A stretch of 64,000 nucleotides of DNA, from the NCBI GenBank assembly GCA_951406725.2, contig OX597821.1, positions 46,562,001-46,626,000 of the forward strand, read 5' to 3'. A program made the translations under genes and the position numbers. The notes beneath the pieces are model-generated. The model had not been told where the DNA came from, ran no database searches, and was given only the letters and a program-made list of their open reading frames with translations. Source of the DNA: Octopus vulgaris. Taxonomy: Eukaryota. How positions within the stretch are numbered: position 1 is the stretch's first letter; every line of letters starts with the position of its first letter. Of this stretch, positions 14,518 through 27,639 are shown piece by piece.

Positions 14518-14590
<73 letters not shown>

Positions 14591-14915
14591 TGACGCTGAC
14601 GACGACGACGACGACGACGACCACCACCACCACCACCACCACCATCACCACTACCAGCAACAACAACAACAGTAATTAGTAGAACGAGAAGTTTATTACA
14701 TCGACACTAGCACTTCACTGGAATTTATTCTGTCGACGACGAAGGAATGACAAACAAAGTTCCATTCGATGGGATTTGAATTCAAAACGTAAAGATCCCG
14801 AACATATAATGGAAGATATTTGTTTCGCCTTTTATGCTCTGAGTTAAAAAGAAAATAATGAAAATAAGAATAATAATGACGATGATTATAGAGAATAAAT
14901 TGATTGCAAACATAC

Positions 14916-14996
14916 CCGCCGCCATGTGTAGATGTATGCAATATCTATTAACGTGTAACTGTCACTCAGAGATTCGTCCGTATGGAATATGTCAAT
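14916..14996 (-). CDS. BMI1: BMI1/PCGF-like coding exon, RAWUL domain (81 nt, phase 0 to 0)
   Basis: tacttttcag|ATT...CGG|gtatgt translates [27 protein letters not shown], matching BMI1 [27 protein letters not shown]. Confidence 0.96.
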
Positions 14997-15775
14997 CTGA
15001 AAAGTACAAACAAATTATGTTTTATAAACAGATTTGTTGGTTACGAAATGAAAGATAGTTTTTAGGTTTACATGTACCATATCGCAAGAAATGTGAAGAG
15101 ACATAACAAGTGAATGATGCACTGGTGAACCAGTTTATCTAGAAGAGAAATTTACGAGGAAATCGAAACTTCACAGCAAACTTCAGTTTTAAAACTCTTG
15201 GCCACAGATATTTTGGTAATATTAATGGGTTTACAATAGTCCTTTAGATAATTATTTTAGTTCGCCGGTAAATTCAACACCAACATATTCTTTACTGAGT
15301 GATGGCAACTCATATCAAGGATGTGAGAATTTCGCATTAATTGCACTGAGTCCTATCCAGAAACGTAAATACATTATATTACTACAAGTGGGACCTGTGG
15401 AAGTTCCACAGAACGAAAAAGATTAAGAGAAGCTATTTAAAAAAGAATGGATGATTTGCATTTCAACTTTTATTTTGTTATGTTATTGCACTTCCAGTCA
15501 CAATTATATATTATATGATTTTAAAAGTTAAGTATTTTATATTTCTTTCTGTCTCTCTACTGCTTGAACAAACTTTTTAACCATGTAATTCCCCTCTCCA
15601 TGTCTTTAACATTTCTCTCTTTCTCTTCACCTCTCATTTCCACTAACCATAATGCATCGGCTGGCTATCTGCTCTCTCACATTCCCTCTTCCCCTCTCTC
15701 TCTCTCTCACTCACTCCACCTCCTCTTCTTCCTTAATAAACTAAAGTGTGAATAAACAGGTAGAAGAATAATATA

Positions 15776-16157
15776 GTGGAGACGCAATGGCCCAGTGGTT
15801 AGGGCAGCGGACTCGCGGTCGTAGGATCGCGGTTTCGATTCCCAGACCGGGCGTTGTGAGTGTTTATTGAGCGAAAATACCTAAAGCTCCACGATGCTCC
15901 AGCAGGGATGGTGGTGATCCCTGCTGTACTCTTTCACCACAACTTTCTTTTACTCTTACTTCCTGTTTCTGTTGTACCTGTATTTCAAAGGGCCGGTCTT
16001 GTCACTCTCTGTGTCACGCTGAATATCCCCGAGAACTACGTTAAGGGTACACGTGTCTGTGGAGTGCTCAGCCACTTACACGTTAATTTCACGAGCAGGC
16101 TGTTCCGTTGATCGGATCAACCGGAACCCTCGTCGTCATAACCGACGGAGTGCTTCC
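15776..16157 (+). mobile_element. tRNA-derived SINE family C, full length with TSD
   Basis: A box TGGCCCAGTGG and B box GGTTTCGATTCC; near-identical to 35432 and 48562. TSD AGAAG(A/G)ATAATATA at 15762-15775 and 16158-16171. Confidence 0.93.
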
Positions 16158-16949
16158 AGAAGGATAATATAGATTTAATTCATTAAAAAAATACTTTTCA
16201 CTATAAATATATCATCATCATCGTCGTCGTCGTCGTCGTCGTCTTCGTCGTCGTCGTCTTCGTCGTCGTCGTCGTCTTCGTCATCACTACAGTTTTCAGA
16301 AACAAAACTAACTTCATTTCAGTTCAGCTTTGTTTGTTGTTTGTATCTACTTTTTCTTGCTGTCGTTGTCTCTACTCTGAGAAAATAAACGTTTATTTGC
16401 CCCCGCCTCTCTCTTAATGCAACAACCTCCTCTGTCTATCTCTATCTATCTTTCTTTAACCTCACCACCAGAACATCACACTTTGCCAAGTATTGTAAAA
16501 TACTTAAATAGGAAGAGGTGAAATAGGTGAGTGGGTACCGTTTTGGACAAATGGTTCATAGGTTGTATGTTAAAACCTATTGAAGGTGTTTGCTTTCCTT
16601 TTGGAGAAATTTCCTTCCTTCAGCAAAATTAAATTTATACAGCTGTAATAAATATCTGTTCATTGCACAGATCTTTACCTGTATTTATCTCTCACTCAAT
16701 ATCTATTGCTTACAGCCGAAGTTGAGCGATAGCCCATTGTAAAAAGAAGCATTTGCACTTTTGTTCATTTATGGAATTAAACTTGGATTAATGTATACGT
16801 TAACGTGCCGTACTTATTAACACCATATTATTTCGAAAGACTACATCCATGTAACACACATATATACTGTTATAATGCGCATCCTCGTCCACTTGTATGT
16901 TGTCGTCGGCACTGTAATATTGTTGTCGCCACTATTAATGCTGTGGCGG

Positions 16950-17293
16950 TATTCGCCTCCTTTTGAGAGCTCAAAATCTTTCGTGGAAGCGCCATCCAAC
17001 CAAAATGCAAATATATAGGAAACTACCACCTGTGTCATCTCTTGTGAAAGGTAGGAGAGCCCAGTTTGTTGGACATTGTTGTAGAGCTGAAAAAGAAGTA
17101 ATTTCTACTCTTCTCCTCTGGAAGCCATCTACTCGCAATACCAGAGGGCGCACACTCTCCTACCCTGATGTAATCTCCAGGGATACAAGCATCCAGCAAC
17201 AGGACCTCCGTAATGCTATGATGGACCGTGAAGTCTGGCGTAACATAGTAAATTCCATTGTCTCGACCACGGTCGAACAATGATGATGATGAT
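16950..17293 (+). mobile_element. 5'-truncated RTE-clade LINE 3' end
   Basis: Open frame RAQNLSWKRHPT...RRAQFVGHCCRA...AMMDREVWRNIV is typical of the RTE ORF C-terminus and is followed directly by a (TGA)n tail. Confidence 0.85.
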
Positions 17294-18407
17294 TCAGCGT
17301 TTCATTACCTTTAACTCGTCTATCGTGCTATCGCTGATAACTCCGTAAGACAACGACTTTGTAACGTCTACCTTGACTGTAACTCGAACTCGACTATAAC
17401 ACGTAACTGATACTGACTCCAACTAAGAACTCGTACAACGACTTTACTAGCACTGACTTCCTACAACGACTGACTGTCTGACATCATAGTGGTTGCCTTC
17501 CTCATACCAATTTTTCACGTGGGAAGGAGTGTACCATTTTCACTACAACATGTACATACTCACATTTACACCTCTACATCTTCGTTTGTCATGTATTTTC
17601 TACAGACGCACTCATACATACACATATGTAACATTATGCAAGTATATGTACCATATTGCTTTCTACATATCGTTCCTATTCTTAGTTTAGCTTGAAATTA
17701 TATAAATTATATTGACATTATATACAACTAAACTTACTTATTATTTTGCGAGTCAAAAGTTATGTAGTCTTGGTTTTTTCAAACAACACCCAACGGTTAT
17801 ATTGATAGCGATTATATTCCTTCGTTATAATAATCATTTTAAATTTTGGCACAATGCCAGCAATTTCTAGGAGGAGGCATGTTGATTACATCAACCACAG
17901 TGCTCAACTGGTACTTTCTTTATCGACGCCGAAAAGATGAAAGACAAAATCGTCACGGACGGTATTTGAACACAGAACGTAATGACCAACGAAATCCCAC
18001 TAAGCATTTTGTTCGACGTTGTAATGATTCTGCTACCTTACCGCCTTTTCCTTCCTTGTAATATTGATTTCAAATGTTGGCACAAGGCCAGCAATTTCGG
18101 GGAGTGTAGTTAAGCCGATTACATCGACTCCAGTGTACATATTTTATCGACCCCAACAGGATGAAAGGCAAGGTCGACCTCGGCAGAATTTTGAACTTAG
18201 AACATAAAGACGGACGAAATACCGCTGAGCGTGCTAAGGATCTTGCTAGCTTGCCACCTTTCCTTTTGTTATAATATTAAAGTCAATCATATATCCAAAC
18301 TAATATTATTTTACAACCAGCCACTGCTTGCGATGGTATGGAAAGTATTTTTTTTGTTTTGTATTTCATAAGAGTGTATGTGTGTATTATTAGCGCCGCA
18401 AGTTTAT

Positions 18408-18442
18408 ATGTATGCATGAATGTATGTATGTATGTATGTATG

Positions 18443-18473
<31 letters not shown>

Positions 18474-18618
18474 GTATGTATGTATGTATGTATGTATGTA
18501 TGTATGTATGTATGTATGTATGTATGTATGTATGCCTGCAAGTATGTATGTATGTATGTATGTATGTATGTATGTATGTATGTATGTATGTATGTATGCA
18601 TGCCTGCAAGTATGTATG
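18408..18618. repeat. (TATG)n microsatellite
   Basis: Directly visible. Confidence 0.97.
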
Positions 18619-19071
18619 TCCTGTTTCTCTTTTTAATTTAGAAGAAAATTTAACCGGCTTACCCACTTGGTAGCAAGATTGTGAAGGAAAGTATCTTGTT
18701 TTAAACATCAACTTTTAAATCTTAAGGAGTTCTTGCAGGTTTTTATAGTTTCAGATCCCGTGGCCCTTTACAGCTTATGAATGAAGGAGTTGCGTTCTCT
18801 TCCCAAGATCCTAAAGTTCAGCTTTGCTCCAGAGGGGTTGGTATGTATACTGTTGCTCCAATAATAATAGGTACGAAGCTGAAAGTGTATCTTGGGTACT
18901 GGATTAGCAAACCGTATGTTTGCATGTATACCTGTCTGTTTGTCTACCTGTCTGTATTTGTGCATGTGTGTATTGTATCATAAACAATATAATAATCTAA
19001 ATGTTTAAAAGTTGTTTTAGTTTAGTGAACTCAGCTCTTTCTCTCATGTATAGTTTTTTAAAAATACTTAC

Positions 19072-19170
19072 CTTGTATCGAGGGGAAAGAGAAAACTTCA
19101 TTCGAATAAACTTTTTTAGATGTGCAACTGTTACCGAAGCTGGACATAAGAGGTAGCGGCAGTCAGACAC
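19072..19170 (-). CDS. BMI1: BMI1/PCGF-like coding exon, RAWUL domain (99 nt, phase 0 to 0)
   Basis: tttattgcag|GTG...AAG|gtaagt translates VSDCRYLLCPASVTVAHLKKFIRMKFSLSPRYK, matching BMI1 [33 protein letters not shown]. Confidence 0.95.
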
Positions 19171-20106
19171 CTGCAATAAAATTTGAATGAAAAATTACAT
19201 AACAGAACAAAAAGCAATGAAGCATGTTAAATATGAATCTTACCTTCTTCCCGCTTAATTTCTAAATCTGGGAGTGAGAAGTTAAGCGGGTGGCAAGTTT
19301 GTGCGACTATGCACATTTCTTGTAATGACTAACATTTTTAATATAGTGAATATAATCAACTCTAATGAACTCTAATTATAAATATTCTTGTAGTGAGAAA
19401 GAAAACCATATTAGATCAAGGTATAACTTTATTTTCAGAATTTCGGTAAGTACGGTAGTCAAACCCGGACATCTGTCTTTCAGTCATATTAGATCTTGTC
19501 GAAATACTGACGTCACACTACCTGCAGTAGTAGTCATAAGAGAATCAGTAAGTATATGAATAGGAGATGAGATATAATATATTATCAACATGTTAGTTGA
19601 AACATATCCCATGAAAGAGACGACCGAAGAGGGGAAAGGGAGGACATAACTTAGAATAAAATAAGTGTGAGAAAAGGTTTTGTCTAATTGGCGTCAGAGT
19701 GTACGCTCTGCTTTGTCTGATTCTGTTGACATACGTATTGAGTATGGTATAACTGCCCCAGATATTTGTGTACAGCTTTGATCTTCTCATCCCTAGTTCA
19801 ACAATGAACGAACAGTCTCTCTTCAATGACCGACTAGTCAGGAATATCGGAGCTTTTTAAATTTTATCTAGGGCTACATGAATAGCTGTTCTGTTATTTC
19901 TAGGGGGTTGAGTGACTACGTAAAATTTCATTGGTTAGTGTATGGCATTTTGCATATCTAAGTGCATTCATTGGTATCTTCTGGCAACTAAGGACTTTAC
20001 AAAATTGTCAACAAATGAGATTAGGTATCTTTATTCAAGGGAGTGTTTTCAAATGTTTGTAACTGTGTATTTCTTAGGCAACTGCTTTTATATGAAAACC
20101 GTACAG

Positions 20107-20170
20107 AATTATAGAATATTCTGCTAATTATAGAATATTATGCTAATTATAGAATATTATGCTAATTATA
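20107..20170. repeat. 19-bp tandem repeat, about 3.3 copies (AATTATAGAATATTATGCT)
   Basis: Directly visible. Confidence 0.9.
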
Positions 20171-20684
20171 TCACTTAGTAGGGTGAGTGTCGTATAAGTG
20201 CGTATAAGTTTCTCTGAAAGTCATCATCATTACACACTATCCTTCTTTCCTATTCTCCTCCTTCTCCCTTCTCCTTCGCATTTTCCTCTTTCCTCCTCCT
20301 TCTCCCCTTCCTCCCTTTCCTCTATATATACAATTCAGCTATTTTGTTGTTAGAACTGTATCATTAGCGAAGACTATCTCTTTAGTTTAAACTCTAGGAG
20401 ATTCATCACAATTAACTCTGTCTTCAATTGCAGGAGTAGGCTGCATTCTCATATAACACATATACATGTATATTTGTATATACAGACACAGACGGACGCA
20501 AATACAATCGAATTGACATACATAGAGTAATACATATATACAGATATTTAAACACGAACGCACATGCACTCACACTCACAGACGTACGTGTACACAGATG
20601 CATGCACGAATTCAAAAAGACTCATACATATACTTTAACAAGCAGACACACACACACATACACAGAATCACGTACTTTTTTTTA

Positions 20685-21270
20685 TTCTTTTGATCTTTTA
20701 TTGTTTCAGTCATTTGACCGCAGCCATGCTGGAGCACCGCCTTTAGTCGAATGAATCTACCCACACTGTTCCCAGAGTGGGAATTTGTTATTTTAGGAAG
20801 TTTTCCCCCATATGTTTAAAATGCATATTTTCTGGTTCTTAAATCCAAGAGATTACAAGTAGAGAACTTCAGTTTAAAATAATGTATCGTTCAATTTTTG
20901 AACGATGAATTATTCGTTGGATATTCTTCTGAAGACATTTGAAGATGCCATGGATGTTATCCTTGATTGGAAGCTGGCGAAATCTTGCAGATAATCATTT
21001 TTAACCGCAATACACAAAAAAGGCAATTTTGGTCGATATGCCCTGATTTGGTTATTTGAACCCAGACCCCCATAAACAAAGAAAAAACAAATAATTTTCG
21101 TTCTAGCTGATAGCCCTTAAAATACAAAATGGGACAAGAACGTAAAACATCCGGACAACTAGGTGATACAAAAACGGGCTTCTTTCAGTTACCGTCTACC
21201 AAATCCAGTCATAAGGCTTTGGTCGGCCCGGAGCTATAGTAGAAGACACTTACTCAAGGTGCCATGCAGT
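20685..21270 (-). mobile_element. Interrupted SINE family B (3' end 20685-20762, middle 21174-21270); further fragment at about 22280-22358
   Basis: Segments match the reverse complement of the 50289 copy. Confidence 0.75.
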
Positions 21271-21480
21271 AAGAAGGAAAGAGAGGGAGCGAGAGAGAGA
21301 AAGAGAGAGAGGGGGAGAGAGAGTGAGAAAGAGAGAGATTCAAAGAAAAAGAAAGACAAAATGAGAAAGGGAAAGAAAGAGGGGAAGAAAATGAGAGGTG
21401 AAGAGAGGAGGAAAGAGGGAAAACATGGTTCAAGAAATGTACCAGATGTATGTATATGTTGAGAGTGTGTGTGTGTGTAT

Positions 21481-21528
<48 letters not shown>

Positions 21529-22853
21529 AAGTGCTAATATACTTGTGTATGTGAAAATTTTATTTTGGATTTGAAATGTTGTCTCGTCCATTTTCTTTCC
21601 TCCCTGCTATCATTTGTCTCACTTTCTCTCCCAATCTTCCCGTCATTGTTCCCTCTCTGTCTTTCACACCTGACTCTCTCTCTCTCTCTCTCTTATTTTC
21701 TCGTCTATCTTTATTCCATCTCTTTTCTGTAACTACGCCTTTTATACATTCATCTTTTATGAAGTTACTTATCTGTCACCTGTCTTCTTTTCTCCTAAGA
21801 TTGCACTATAACGGAGCAGAAAATAATTAGATATGCATCTAAATACACAGCGATGTTAGCTTTAATCTTGTAATAAAAGAACGAACCGTTGAAAAGTTAG
21901 GTATGAACTGAAAAGTCCCTGAAAAGGAAGTTCAGTACTTACTAGAGAAGATATTTTCTTCTTTTTCACTCGGTATTTACCAGCAACACGAAGTAGATTT
22001 AATTTCAGCTGCAACGAAAAAACACAGAAAACGATTTTATATTATTTTATATTAAAGTGTGTGTATAATTAATTTATGAAATATTGTGATAACAACTTCT
22101 TTGTTGTAGATGCTTAGCAAGAGATTTAATCTGAAATTATAAGTAGGTTGAAGAATGTTATATAGCGGTAGAGTTATACTGTTCATTTGAAACAGGTATA
22201 CTCTCTTTTATCTTATTTTGCTTATGCAGATGCACAGAATGTTAGAACATCGGACAAAATGATTTGCAGTATTTATTCAGAATAGTAGAAGACACTTGCC
22301 CAAGGTGCCATGCAGTGGAACTGAACCCGGAACCATGCGGCTGGAAAGCAAGCTTCTTATTCCTTTATTGCCCACAAGGGGCTAAACATAGAGGGGACAA
22401 ACAAGGACAGATGAACGGATTAAGTCGATTATATCGGTCTCAGTGCGTAACTGGTACTTATTTAATCGACCCCGAAAGGATGAAAGGCAAAGTCGACCTC
22501 GGCAGAATTTGAACTCAGAACGTAGCACTGTATTTTCTGATTTCATATCTTACTAGCTTAGTCTTTCATCGTCCTGGTGTCGGTAAAATAAATACCATTC
22601 AAAATACCGACTTTCATGTAATCGGTTATTTCTACTCGCGCCCCAAATTCAGAGCTCATGCCTATGTCAGAGATTGCTATTAAAACACATGTGAACCGTT
22701 TACTTATATCATGAATCAACATTAAAATACTACTGATAAGGCGAGAGTGCAGGATCTGCAAAACGAGTACCAGTCAAATTCTGATGTTGTTATAATCCAC
22801 TGTTCTCTTCCTGCAAAACTTTTGGTTTTGTGGTACTACTACTACTACTACTG

Positions 22854-22899
<46 letters not shown>

Positions 22900-23124
22900 A
22901 ACAATAATAATAATAAAGGGTCCTTTCTACTAGTGGCACAAGATTTGAAATATTGTGGGAGGGAACTAGTTGATTACATCAACTCCAGTACTTCACTGGT
23001 ACTTTTACCGACCCGGAACGCAAAGTTGACCTCGGCGGATTTAGAACTCAGAACATAAAAGACAGACGAAATGTTACTAAGTATTTTGTCCAGCTCGATA
23101 ACGATTCTGCCAGCTCACAGCCTC

Positions 23125-23796
23125 ACTCGACTCAAAATTAAATAGAATGAACATAATCAAAACCATAAATACATGGGCTATACCAACAGTGAGAGATTCT
23201 ACTCCCTTTCTGAAATGGACAGGTATAAAGCTGCAGAACTTGCATAGAAGAACTAGTAACCTGCTCACAATGCACAATGCACTCCATCCAAAAAGTAATA
23301 ACGACTGACCCTTATCTTCTAAGAAAGGAAGATGGTAGAGGATTACTAAACGCAGAAGACTCTGATAGTACTGCGATACTGAGTCCGAAAAATTAAAGAA
23401 AGAGTACTTTCGGCAGCTAGAGATACCCACAAAGTGACTGAAAAAGTAGGAAAATTCAAAGAGAAAAGGATGAATAACAGGATAAACAAATGAAAAGACA
23501 TGGAACTGCATGACCAATTCATGCAACAAACCGAGAATGTTGGAAGTAATAATCGCCGACTTTGGTACTTGAAAAGAGAGCCAGAAACGCTGGGTATGGC
23601 TACCCGTGATGTTCGTTTAGAAAAGAGAGATTATGACTGTGATAAAATAATGAAAGCAATATTTACTAAGGAAGTGAGTACTATTAGACAAAGAAATAAT
23701 TAGACGAAAAATACAAAAAATATTGGAAATGGGAATCAAATGTGAAAATATTATCAAGGGGCTAACAGAAAACCGCCCTGAGGGTAGTCATTCTGC

Positions 23797-23797
<1 letters not shown>
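23125..23797 (+). pseudogene. R4/Dong-like LINE remnant, RT C-terminal region to 3' end, with (AAT)n tail
   Basis: Translates SKLNRMNIIKTINTWAIPTVR...KWT...LLTMHNALHPKS, matching the R4/Dong-type SKLNGxNxIKAINTWAVP...MHxALHP block; ends in a long (AAT)n. Confidence 0.75.
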
Positions 23798-23853
<56 letters not shown>

Positions 23854-23867
23854 GAATAATAAGAATG

Positions 23868-23949
<82 letters not shown>

Positions 23950-26900
23950 ATGCTCTGATGCAGTACCAGGCAGTGGCTCGCATGGCTTTTGATCTTAACT
24001 GATTGGAAAAGATGGGCTACAGCAAATATTTTGCTCAATACCATAGATCTGTTTGTCAGTTGTTTCACCTTAACCACTTAAGCATATCCCTTAGTGGCTG
24101 ACGATACGTGCCTCTCTGATCACGAGCAGAAGTAGTGGGGTGCATAATAATCATGTGTTGAGAAGAATTCTTTGGGGTTTGAATAATTCACCTCTGGAAA
24201 CATGTATGTTTTATTCATCATCCTTAAACAACCCTTATTCAGGGACCTTTTGAGTGGGATGGGACACTCAGCCTGAAGAATATTCTAACTGGGCCCCACC
24301 TGCAAGTTCATGCGCTGTCTATCTCTTCACTTGAGATTAACATGTTGCGCACATATGGTTGTGATGCATGTGCCTTATCAGACGGGTAGTCATGATGGGT
24401 ATATTGGGTTTCGTATATTTTACCCCTGTGTCAGTTTGATGGCATATCGCTGCTCTCTCGCTCATTGATAATGATGATGATGATGATGATGATGATGACG
24501 ATGATGATGATGACGAAGACGACGACGACGACGACGATGATGATAATGATGATGATGATGATGATGACGATGATGATGATGACGAAGACGACGACGACGA
24601 CGATGATGATAATGATGATGATGAGGATTTCTAGCATTCCTGCAAGCCACATACTTTTGAGAAAAGGGACAGTTAATTATAATGACCCCAGTTCTTAATT
24701 AGTACTTTAATCATTCGACCCTCGAAAGATGAATGATAAATTCAGCCATGAGAGTATTTTCCCTCAGAACGTAAAGAGGTGATGCATCACGCCTTGCAAT
24801 TACCAGCAATGTAAAGGCGGTTAAATTGAACTGTAGTAGGAAAATTGATGACCGTTTCATTTAAAACTGAGGTAAGTGAAATAGTGTCGATTGACAGAAC
24901 ATTATTGATAAAGTGAAAAGGTCAATTCGAGAGCGATTGTGGGAAATGCGAAGGCAGTATTGATGGATTGCAGATCTGAAACTTTCGAACATAGTTTTAC
25001 CAAGAAAGAAATTTCAAGAATAGTAAGTAAATTCTGAACTTAATATAAAAGGTTTTTCTCTTAAGTCGAATGGTTAGTTAGCTACTATAAAACCTCCCTA
25101 TTATAACATTTTTGTAGATAAATATAAAGCTAGTCTATCCCTTGATACTGCCGTTATGACGACAGAAATGGCTTGATAGGTTCGACTAACACATGGAAGC
25201 ATGGATGAATTATACTAAAGGAAAATATATTTTTTTGCCATTCAGTAGGAAACGCAACATTTTATTTTCTGCTCACATGGCAAAATCCCAGTCGATCGAT
25301 TTACTCTTTAACTATTATTATACGTTAGAAACTGTTGATTATTTTCTTTATTCCAACCATTTTATTTGATTGAACCACATCTACTTGAAATGTATTTGTC
25401 TTATTCACGATTAAATCGCACGGATATTTCATGATATTTTTACTTGTTCGAAAATCGAAAAGAAAACAAAAAAAGTTTTAATGCTTCTCAGCAAGTAACC
25501 TAAGATGATACTAGAATAATCGTTGCAGTATGTCGATAACAAAGTGGTTCACTAGTGTTGAAAACAAAGAACATAAAAACTCAACGGTCCTTTGAAGTTT
25601 TCCCGAGTGTTAAGAGAAGAAAAAAAAAGAGAATCCGTTATAATGCGGTATGTTTTGTAATTTGGATTATGTAACTGTTAGACAAAGAATGTTAAATCGT
25701 GGCAAATAGATATTGAAAATTGATTCTTATTCCATAACTCAACTCGTTTCAATTAAATAAAAGAAATAACTGAATGATATGGTAATTATTAATATCAAGA
25801 GCACTCAGTAAATGATACTACGAAACCGAAGATAGAGTCCGATTCAATTTAAAATTCAAGTCAAACATGAATAAAATTCCAGATAAAGAAAAAGTTCATT
25901 TTGACTTAAAGGAAAAAAAGCCTCTTTAAAAGAATGGCAGATTTGGGGTTGCAGCATTCATGTTATTCCGATGAATATTCAGTGCTGCACGTAAAATGAG
26001 ACAGCATCAATATAGATTCCAAAATGCTTCTTAAACATAATACTGCTAATTTCTAATTGAGGATAATAAGAGTGTGTGATACAACTGTATAAAGAACACA
26101 TGCGCTGTTAGTGACTTTATTTTCCAGTTATTCGAAATCGAAATCAAGTTACAAAGTTGTTATTCCAAAGCTCGCTTCTTTTTCTTTATCGAAACTTGCT
26201 TCCTCTTGTTGCTATAATTTTCTTTATCTTACTGGCCATTGGGTAGCAGTGAAACCATATATGTTCTACTCTTACTGCAAGCCTCCCTTTTTTGCTTCTC
26301 TTTTTTGCTCCTCTTTAGTTCTTACCTCCTCCGTCTCTTAATGATTATAATTTTATTCGCGGGTTGTACTAGAACATCTATGTACATTATCATTACAGGT
26401 TATAAGCTTCCTCCCTATATTTCACGAAATATATTGAGATAAACAAAAGATAAGACTAAAAGTATAAATAGACGTGCTCTGGTAAATTCTCCAAATTTTC
26501 ACGTTCAAAATACAAAGGACTGACAATTCTATTTATACTTTAAAAAAAAGTGAGATTAAAATATTAAATATATCTTTTATATTGAACAAATAATGAAATT
26601 GAAAAGTAATGTAAATGATGATGTGCCCAAAGGTATTTTTGCTATTGCGGAGCTAGGAGAGATTTTAAGATTCATTACAAAAGAATTCGAATGAAATAAA
26701 CAAAACCATTCACGTTAAAAAGAAAACGGAAATCACTCGTTTGGGAGTGAGATGCTAAGGTAAAACAAATAAAATGCCAAGATGTCTAAAAGCACATTTC
26801 TCTGAAGAAAGTGAACGAAATCGAAAATGAAATCTTGAATGTTGATATTTTATAACACATAAAATGAGTGAGTCAAAAAATACCGACTCATCTGCACTCC

Positions 26901-27046
26901 AGAGTTTATATGTTAGAGAGGGAGGCAGAAAAAGACAGAGGGGAGGAAAAGTGACAGGGAGAAGGAAACGAAGAGAAATATAGGAAGAAAGAGATAGATA
27001 GATAGAAAGAGTGAGAGAGAGAGAAAAAGAGAGAGAGAGAGAGAGC

Positions 27047-27100
<54 letters not shown>

Positions 27101-27639
27101 GATTGTGCTATCTGATGGGAAAATCACCGATTCAAGAGCAAGACAAGAATAAAAGATTTAAACGTATGGTTTTTGCCAGAGACTATTGCCGTTGTCGACT
27201 AAACAATATTGCTTTCAACAAACTGATGGAAGTCGAGAGATTTTTTTATGAGTGTTATAGAATATTAAGTCCTCATTAATTTGGAATGTATGGTTGTTGG
27301 TTTATTTTCATGTACGTATGCAAGTTTGTAAGCGTCAATGTCTGCGTGTTTTTAAATGTGTTAATTTTGTTTGAGATCTATTTAATTATCCGCAGAATTT
27401 GAACAGAGTGCTAACAAAATCATGAGGCTACTTTTAGGTTAGAATTAGGTTAGTGTTAGGGGTTTGCGAATGTGTGTAATTAATCTTTAAACATGTGTGT
27501 TTGTGTGTACATGTTATATGCACATACTTGAATAATTTCTTTAGAGTGAACATAAATATATATATAATTTCGGTGCGAGCTTTAAGCTTATATAAAAATA
27601 CCATATGTGTGTGTGTGTTTGTGTGTGTGTGCGCTCACT

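Noticed and set aside
15776-15850. tRNA-like sequences here and at 35432, 48562, 49460-49530, 50289 and 53116 as tRNA genes
   Set aside because: No complete acceptor stem; each continues into a repeated SINE body, often with TSDs.
16792-17547. Possible solo LTR (TG...CA) interrupted by the RTE fragment
   Set aside because: No matching TSD, PBS or second LTR could be shown.
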